DNA of 12,677 nucleotides. Source: Candidatus Woesearchaeota archaeon (GTDB taxonomy: Archaea; Nanobdellota; Nanobdellia; Woesearchaeales; GW2011-AR15). Numbering within the stretch: the stretch's first letter is position 1; the number at the start of each line of letters is the position of its first letter. Made by a program: the position numbers and the translations under genes. The notes beneath the pieces were generated by a model that did not search any database, was not told the origin of the DNA, and saw only the letters and a list, made by a program, of their open reading frames with translations. The stretch lies in assembly GCA_038874655.1 (NCBI GenBank), contig JAVZBY010000014.1, forward strand, positions 309-12,985, read 5' to 3'. Shown here in pieces: positions 6,727 through 12,677 of the stretch.

Positions 6727-7419
6727 TTAATTTATTTTTTCAGCATTATTTTTTCCAATAAACCTCTCAAATAAACTTTCTGTTTTTTCAACAATTCTTT
6801 CTTTTAACACTTCTCTTTGTCTAGTTTCATTTCTAATAATAGTTATATTAGGATAAATTGTCTCATATCTACATTCAATTGTTTTTGGTGCAGAAATTAA
6901 TATTGCTTCACCTGTTGGTTTATCTCCTTCTAAACAATCTGTTTCAAAACTATATTTTAAAGAAGAGAATTTAGGTATAAATCCTTTTTTTTCTTCTGTT
7001 TCTACCTTTTTACCATTAATATCAAAAACAAATTTATAAACAAATTCGCCATCAATATTATTTTCATTAGTAATTTTAAAATCTGCATAACACTTATAAT
7101 CAGATAACCCATATGGTTTTGCATATACAAATAACTCGCTTAATTTAACTTTTGCATCTTTTTCAACGCAAACTCTTTCTGATTTAGGATTATCTTTATC
7201 TTCAACTATATCACTAACTTCAACAACATAAGTTTCTATTTCTGAATATTTCTCCTTTGCCTTATATGGAACTCTAATTGCAAATAAACTTATTAAAAAA
7301 ACTAAAAAAATAACTAGAAAAATTATAAAAATTGGAATTTCTACCTTTTTTTTCAAATGTGATTTTATTGATTTTTTTTCTTTTTGTGGTTTTTCTGAAA
7401 CCTTTTGTTCCTCGTTCAT
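6727..7419 (-). CDS. Hypothetical protein with a single N-terminal transmembrane anchor
   Basis: Basic N-terminus, one hydrophobic helix (IPIFIIFLVIFLVFLISLFAI) and a beta-rich region with 4 Cys. The listed GTG at 7428 is part of the SD GGGTGA, so the start is moved to ATG 7419. Confidence 0.8.
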   Translation of the reverse strand: MNEEQKVSEKPQKEKKSIKSHLKKKVEIPIFIIFLVIFLVFLISLFAIRVPYKAKEKYSEIETYVVEVSDIVEDKDNPKSERVCVEKDAKVKLSELFVYAKPYGLSDYKCYADFKITNENNIDGEFVYKFVFDINGKKVETEEKKGFIPKFSSLKYSFETDCLEGDKPTGEAILISAPKTIECRYETIYPNITIIRNETRQREVLKERIVEKTESLFERFIGKNNAEKIN

Positions 7420-7528
7420 AATTATCACCCAATCTAATAAAAATCTAAAATTAACTCATATAAAAAATTATTGATTAGGTAATGAAAAAATTTAAAAATA
7501 TTAAAAAAAAATATTAAAAAATAAAGAT

Positions 7529-10378
7529 TTATTGAAATCCAAATAAACTTGTTTGTTTTGACTCTTTAATTATAGTATCAAAACTTGTATTATAAAAAGT
7601 TAATATTGAATCTGCTATAGGCTTTAATTGTTTTTCAATGTAATGTTCATAATCAATACTATGTTTTATATTCTGAATTGGTTCAGGGCCATCACTAGTC
7701 ATAACATATGCTATTACATTACTAGTTAATTTTTCTAATTTTCTTGCTGCTTTAACATGTGGTGGTGTTGTTTTAGTATAATTATCTAATTCCTTTCTAA
7801 TTGCTTTTTTATATATCAATAAATCATCATATTTTCCATTCTTCAAATCAGAAACAAATTGCTTTATATAATCAAAAACTTCCTTTTTATGAAATATTCT
7901 ATCTAATAATTCTAATTGAAACTTTTTTGATAACTCTGTCCAATCACGCCTAACAAATTCTAATCCTCTAAAATCAATCTTTTCCTTGCCATCTACTATA
8001 ATTAAACCTGCATATCTTTTTTTTGCTCCTTGGTCTGTGCCTCTTATTTTTGGCATAATAAATCTTATAAAGGTTTTTTCAAACTGCAACTCTAAAAATG
8101 AATTCAAATCATATGTATTTTTTACATGTTGTGTCCAAAAATTATTAACATAATCAGAAATTTCTTTTCCAATTATTTGAGCTTTTTCATAATTATCTGC
8201 TTTTGTTTCAATAAATATAGAATCTGTATCACCATAAATAACTCTATAACCTTTATTATCTACAATTTCAGCAGTTTTTTTAACAATAAATTGACCAAAA
8301 TGAGTTATTGCATTTGCCATATCTAAAGAATAAAATCTACATGTTGGATTTGCTAATACACCAAAAAAAGAGTTCATTGTAATTTTAATTGCATAACTTT
8401 TTTCTTGATTTTTTTCTTTTTTAGCTATATCCCTTTGTTTCCATAATTGCTCAATAATTTTAGGTAGAATTCCTATTTTTTTTCTAAAGCGTGCTCCATT
8501 AGGTGCAATAATAATATCATCATCTCTAAATTTCTTATGAATTTCCTTAGGAATAAAAGATAAAGGATCAATATTAAAAGTTCTAATTATACTAGGATAT
8601 AGGCTCTTAAAATCATGCACATTTATAAAATCATAAATCCCTGGAATTGGCTCTCTAACATAACCTCCTTTAATTTTTTCCTCTGTCTCAATATTTGCTG
8701 AATTTGGACAAACATAACCTAATTTCTTTGTTTCTCTAATATACAAACTATCTAATGAGGCAATAGAAGCTTTAACTCTATCTAATTGCATTCCTGTTAA
8801 CAATGATCTTAATATTGTTAATTCTATAATATTCTTTTTCTCCAAAATCTTTAAAACAAGTTCAGCATCTTTAAGGTTATATTCTACCAATTTTAATGGA
8901 TCTTCTAAATAAAGATTTTCTATCTCTTCACCCTTATCAAATTCATCAATTAATAATTTAGATTCACCTAATATTTCTTTTGCTGCTGTTTGTAATTTAT
9001 AATCTTCAATTTCCACAAATGAAGATTTTAAAAGATGCATAGCATCCAAAACCATTCTTCCTGGAAATTCAGCAACAGAATCTTTAAAAAAAGAATCATA
9101 AATCTTTAAAGTACATTGCCAATTAGCCCTTCCTAATATAAAATCAATTTTATGTTCATCAAATTTATTTTTCAAAACTTTAAAATCAAAATCAATTAAG
9201 TTCCAACCTGTAATTATATCGGGATCATAATTTAAAATAATCTCTTTAAATCTTAATAACATAGATTTTTCATCTTGAAAAATTTCAACATAAGGGGTTA
9301 ATTTCAGCTCGGATTTTTTATAAGTTTCCCATTTATTACTTTCCAAAACCAATGTTTTTTTAAAATCTTTTGAATATAATGAAATGCAATATAATTCCTT
9401 CAAATCCATTGAGCTTTCAATATCAATAGAAACCGTTCTTAAATTATTAAATTTTTTAGATATTAATTTTTCTTCATCTGAAAATATCTCTGGTTCTTTA
9501 TAAATTCTATTAACATAATTTCCTTTTTTGTAATCACCTTTTATAAACAAAGCACCTTTTATATCTTTATCAATTAAAAACCTATATACAAATCTAATAT
9601 CTGCTTCATAGGTAATAATATCTAATGACTCTAAAATATCTCTTAAAAAAGAAACATTTTTAGGCAAAAATAATTCAATTTTTATAACATTTTCATCAAA
9701 AAAATTTTTAAATTGTGTTTCTATTATTTTAATAGTATCATTTTTTAGATGATATAACTTCAAAATTTCAGAGTCAGATAAATACTTGGAAAAATTATTT
9801 CTATTATTTGGAGATATACTTTTATTATTATTCAATTTTATAGAAGATAATTTTTTATTACTTTTTATTAAAAAATTAAAAAGCATCTCTCCTATTGAAT
9901 CATAATCTAAATTTAGTTCTCTAATTTTAAGTTTTCCATCATCGAAAGAATCTATACTATTTTCATTGTTAAGATCTTCATAAAAAGCATCATTATCCTC
10001 AATTAAATCTGAATCATATAAATTTTTACTTTCAATTTTTTCATGTTGTTGTGAATTTTCATTAACTTGACTAAATTTTAAATTTGATATCTCTTTTAAT
10101 AAATCCTCAACTTTTTTTTTATCTTTTTTTCTAACATAAAAGTAAGGTTTATAATGATTAATTGTTAAAAAAGAATCACCATCTTCTAATCTACCAAATA
10201 AATAAATATAAGCTTTATTATTTATTATTCTATAGGTTGGATAGACAATAAATCCTGCAACTATTTCGCGATTACTAAAAATTTCACGATTATCAAAAGA
10301 ATTTAAAGTATTTGATAGACTAATATTCTTAATAACACTATTTTCCTTCATATAAAATTCTTCATTTATTTTTTGCAT
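7529..10378 (-). CDS. polB: Family B DNA polymerase (DNA polymerase II-like) with 3'-5' exonuclease and C-terminal PIP box
   Basis: ExoI DIES, ExoII GWNLIDFD, ExoIII YNLKDA; polymerase motifs DFKSLYPSII, KITMNSFFG, YGDTDS, KKRYAG; C-terminal QTSLFGF. Confidence 0.96.
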   Translation of the reverse strand: MQKINEEFYMKENSVIKNISLSNTLNSFDNREIFSNREIVAGFIVYPTYRIINNKAYIYLFGRLEDGDSFLTINHYKPYFYVRKKDKKKVEDLLKEISNLKFSQVNENSQQHEKIESKNLYDSDLIEDNDAFYEDLNNENSIDSFDDGKLKIRELNLDYDSIGEMLFNFLIKSNKKLSSIKLNNNKSISPNNRNNFSKYLSDSEILKLYHLKNDTIKIIETQFKNFFDENVIKIELFLPKNVSFLRDILESLDIITYEADIRFVYRFLIDKDIKGALFIKGDYKKGNYVNRIYKEPEIFSDEEKLISKKFNNLRTVSIDIESSMDLKELYCISLYSKDFKKTLVLESNKWETYKKSELKLTPYVEIFQDEKSMLLRFKEIILNYDPDIITGWNLIDFDFKVLKNKFDEHKIDFILGRANWQCTLKIYDSFFKDSVAEFPGRMVLDAMHLLKSSFVEIEDYKLQTAAKEILGESKLLIDEFDKGEEIENLYLEDPLKLVEYNLKDAELVLKILEKKNIIELTILRSLLTGMQLDRVKASIASLDSLYIRETKKLGYVCPNSANIETEEKIKGGYVREPIPGIYDFINVHDFKSLYPSIIRTFNIDPLSFIPKEIHKKFRDDDIIIAPNGARFRKKIGILPKIIEQLWKQRDIAKKEKNQEKSYAIKITMNSFFGVLANPTCRFYSLDMANAITHFGQFIVKKTAEIVDNKGYRVIYGDTDSIFIETKADNYEKAQIIGKEISDYVNNFWTQHVKNTYDLNSFLELQFEKTFIRFIMPKIRGTDQGAKKRYAGLIIVDGKEKIDFRGLEFVRRDWTELSKKFQLELLDRIFHKKEVFDYIKQFVSDLKNGKYDDLLIYKKAIRKELDNYTKTTPPHVKAARKLEKLTSNVIAYVMTSDGPEPIQNIKHSIDYEHYIEKQLKPIADSILTFYNTSFDTIIKESKQTSLFGFQ

Positions 10379-10380
10379 AT

Positions 10381-10400
10381 AAAAAAAAAAGAAAAAGAAA
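10381..10400 (-). terminator. Oligo-T tract, candidate archaeal terminator of the micro-ORF transcript
   Basis: The - strand reads TTTCTTTTTCTTTTTTTTTT, 20 nt after the micro-ORF stop. It overlaps the spacer of the putative leaderless polB promoter (TTTAAATA 10408-10401). Confidence 0.45.
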
Positions 10401-10420
10401 TATTTAAACTTTTATTCAAT

Positions 10421-10477
10421 TTATTTCTTTTTTGATGATTTTTTTGTTGATTTTTTTGCAGCTTTTTTTGCAGCCAT
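10421..10477 (-). CDS. 18-aa lysine-rich micropeptide MAAKKAAKKSTKKSSKKK
   Basis: ATG 10477 to TAA 10421. Perfect archaeal SD GAGGTGA (10488-10482) 4 nt upstream, BRE/TATA GGAAAAA-TATATAAA (10544-10530), and a T-tract downstream. Below the ORF-track size cut-off. Confidence 0.7.
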   Translation of the reverse strand: MAAKKAAKKSTKKSSKKK

Positions 10478-10784
10478 AATTTCACCTCAAAATATTATAT
10501 TAAAATATTAAAATTTATAGCAATTGTTATTTATATATTTTTCCATTCTTTTTTATCATAATTATTAAAAAAATATTCTATTTAGAATAATAAAATTAAA
10601 AATAGAAAAACATTATTCTAATAAAAAATACACCTAATTCGAAAAAAAATCGCAATATAATAATTTAAGATAAAAAATAAAATTTAAAATAATAAAATAA
10701 AAAATATGTCTAAATTCAATTTACTTTTATCAAAAATATATCTTTCTCAATAAATTTAAATAAATAAAATTTTTTTTATAAAAT

Positions 10785-12560
10785 ATGTCCAAAATGTCAA
10801 AAAGAATTGCTATTGTTGATAATTCAAAATTAAAAGATGATGAAAAGAAAAAGTATATTCAAAGTTTATGTCCAATAAATAGAACTGGAAAAGAATGCAT
10901 AACAATACAAGGAAAGAAACTTTTAATAGATGAGTCGTTATGTATTGGCTGTGGCATCTGTGTAAATGCTGCACCAGAAGCAATTAAAATTATAAATTTA
11001 CCTAGTGCATTAGAAAAACAACCAATTCATAGACATGGTTTAAATGGTTTTGTTTTATATAATTTGCCTATTCCTGTCTTTGGAAAAGTTGTTGGTATTA
11101 TAGGTATTAATGGAATAGGAAAAAGTACAGCAATAAAAATTTTAGCTGATGTTTTAAAACCCAATTTAGGTGATGTAGGAAAAGAAGCAACCATTCAAGA
11201 TTTAATAAATTATTTTAAAGGAACAGAAGCCCAGTTGTATTTTGAAAAAGTAAAAAAAGGTTTAGTAAAAGTTGCTTATAAACCACAGCAAGTTGATTTA
11301 ATAGCAAAACAATATACTGGAAAAGTTATTGAGCTATTAAAAAAAGTTGATTCTCAAAACGATATTTCAAGATTGGAAGAAATAACTAAATTGTTTGAGT
11401 TAGAAAAAATATTAGATAGAGATATCTCTGTAATATCTGGTGGAGAGCTTCAAAGAGTTGCTATTGCAGCAACCTTTCTAAAAAAAGCAAATTTATATAT
11501 TTTTGATGAGCCAACTTCTTATTTAGATATTAAACAAAGATTAAAAATTTCTAAATTAATAAAAAACTTAGCTTCAGAAGAAAATGAAATTGCTGTCATT
11601 GTTATTGAACATGATTTAATTGCACTGGACTATATGGCTGACTTAGTTCATGTAATGTATGGCAGCCAAGGTTCTTATGGTGTTGTTAGTCAATTAAAGC
11701 AAACAAGAAATGGGATTAATGCCTTTTTAGAAGGTTATTTAAAAGAAGAGAATGTAAGATTCAGAGAAACAAAATTGCAATTCAATGTTAAAAATCCATT
11801 TAAAACTACAGCAACCCAAACTTTAATAAAATGGCCTGCATTAAATAAAAAAATTGGTGATTTTGAATTATCCTCTAACGAGGGGGACATTAAATATAAT
11901 GAAAAAGTCGGAATTTTAGGTGAAAACGGAATAGGAAAAACAAGTTTTGTCAGAATTTTAGCAGGAGAACTAAATCCTGATAACATAAAATTAGAATTGA
12001 AAATAAAAGTTAGTTATAAACCACAATATTTAAATCAAGATTCTAATGAATTAGTTATGGTTGTTTTGCAAGAAGCATTAGAAAAATATGAAACTGAATT
12101 AATAAGACCATTAGATATTAAACCTCTTTTATTAAAAAAAATAAATGAGCTTTCTGGTGGAGAGCTTCAAAGAGTTGCTATTGCTTTGTGTTTATCTAAA
12201 GATGCTGATCTATATTTATTAGATGAACCCTCTGCTTATTTAGATGTTGAACAAAGAATTGTCGTCTCAAAAGTTATTTCAAATGTCGTTGAACTAAGAA
12301 AAGTATCTGCCATAATAGTTGACCATGATTTATTATTTTTAGATTATTTATCTGAAAGATTAATGGTCTTTCAAGGTAAGCCTGCTGTTTTTGGAAAAGC
12401 ATTAGGTCCTTTTGATTTAGAAACTGGAATGAACACATTATTAAAAGATTTGGAAATAACACTTAGAAGAGATGAAGAAACAAAAAGACCAAGAATCAAT
12501 AAAGAGAATTCATTCAAAGACAGGGAACAGAAAAGAGAAGGGAAATATTACTATACATAA
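10785..12560 (+). CDS. rli1: ABCE1/Rli1 ribosome recycling ATPase
   Basis: N-terminal Fe-S domain, two NBDs (GINGIGKS and GENGIGKT; SGGELQR twice; FDEP and LDEP; EHD and DHD), hinge RRDEETKRPRINK. The start may be 10785 or 10794. Confidence 0.97.
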   Translation: MSKMSKRIAIVDNSKLKDDEKKKYIQSLCPINRTGKECITIQGKKLLIDESLCIGCGICVNAAPEAIKIINLPSALEKQPIHRHGLNGFVLYNLPIPVFGKVVGIIGINGIGKSTAIKILADVLKPNLGDVGKEATIQDLINYFKGTEAQLYFEKVKKGLVKVAYKPQQVDLIAKQYTGKVIELLKKVDSQNDISRLEEITKLFELEKILDRDISVISGGELQRVAIAATFLKKANLYIFDEPTSYLDIKQRLKISKLIKNLASEENEIAVIVIEHDLIALDYMADLVHVMYGSQGSYGVVSQLKQTRNGINAFLEGYLKEENVRFRETKLQFNVKNPFKTTATQTLIKWPALNKKIGDFELSSNEGDIKYNEKVGILGENGIGKTSFVRILAGELNPDNIKLELKIKVSYKPQYLNQDSNELVMVVLQEALEKYETELIRPLDIKPLLLKKINELSGGELQRVAIALCLSKDADLYLLDEPSAYLDVEQRIVVSKVISNVVELRKVSAIIVDHDLLFLDYLSERLMVFQGKPAVFGKALGPFDLETGMNTLLKDLEITLRRDEETKRPRINKENSFKDREQKREGKYYYT

Positions 12561-12677
12561 AATAAATTTTTTAAAAGTCTACTTTCTTTAAAGTCTTGGA
12601 ATTTGAGATAAAAATAATTAGGTATTATTATTAATCAGGACACTTTTTTCTCATTTGTAAAAAATAGAAAGTAAAGA

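Noticed and set aside
5130-8326. Plus-strand ORFs 5130..5351 and 8126..8326
   Set aside because: Fully antisense within the GGDEF-like gene and polB, with no independent evidence.
9734-10090. Intein in PolB
   Set aside because: No splice-junction residues or LAGLIDADG motifs, and it is not at a conserved catalytic motif.
10545-10700. AT-rich divergent spacer as a replication origin
   Set aside because: No ORB-like G-string repeats and no cdc6/orc1 gene. AT richness is the genome background.
11735-12462. Minus-strand ORFs 11735..11986 and 12274..12462
   Set aside because: Antisense shadows of ABCE1.
12561-12677. Possible 3' end of a minus-strand gene at the window edge
   Set aside because: Two frames are briefly open (e.g. 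LYFLFFTNEKKVS*), but the stretch is too short to choose a frame or assign a product.

Overview
Very AT-rich archaeal chromosomal window, most likely DPANN (Woesearchaeota/Nanoarchaeota-like). This is inferred from ABCE1, Pth2, a PIP-box PolB, TATA/BRE promoters, GGTGA-type SD sites, a BHB-type tRNA intron and a bacterial-type GAPDH. Gene order: 3' end of class I GAPDH, glutamate dehydrogenase, CoA-binding protein, DtxR-family regulator, a perfect 22-bp operator, FTR1 iron permease, membrane protein, pth2 (-), a GGDEF-like protein (-), MnmC/MnmD-like methyltransferase, an intron-containing tRNA-Arg(GCG) (-) with a duplicated 3' end enclosing a hairpin-rich mini-element, a membrane-anchored protein (-), Pol II-like PolB (-), an unannotated 18-aa lysine-rich micro-ORF (-), and ABCE1/Rli1. 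The best leads are four: (1) a GGDEF-like cyclase with correctly spaced catalytic residues in an archaeon; (2) an ABCE1 that has lost exactly the four ligands of one of its two Fe-S clusters; (3) the MAAKKAAKKSTKKSSKKK micropeptide with a perfect SD, a promoter and a terminator; (4) the tRNA-Arg locus with a structured intron and duplicated ends. All calls are by eye; no database searches were run.
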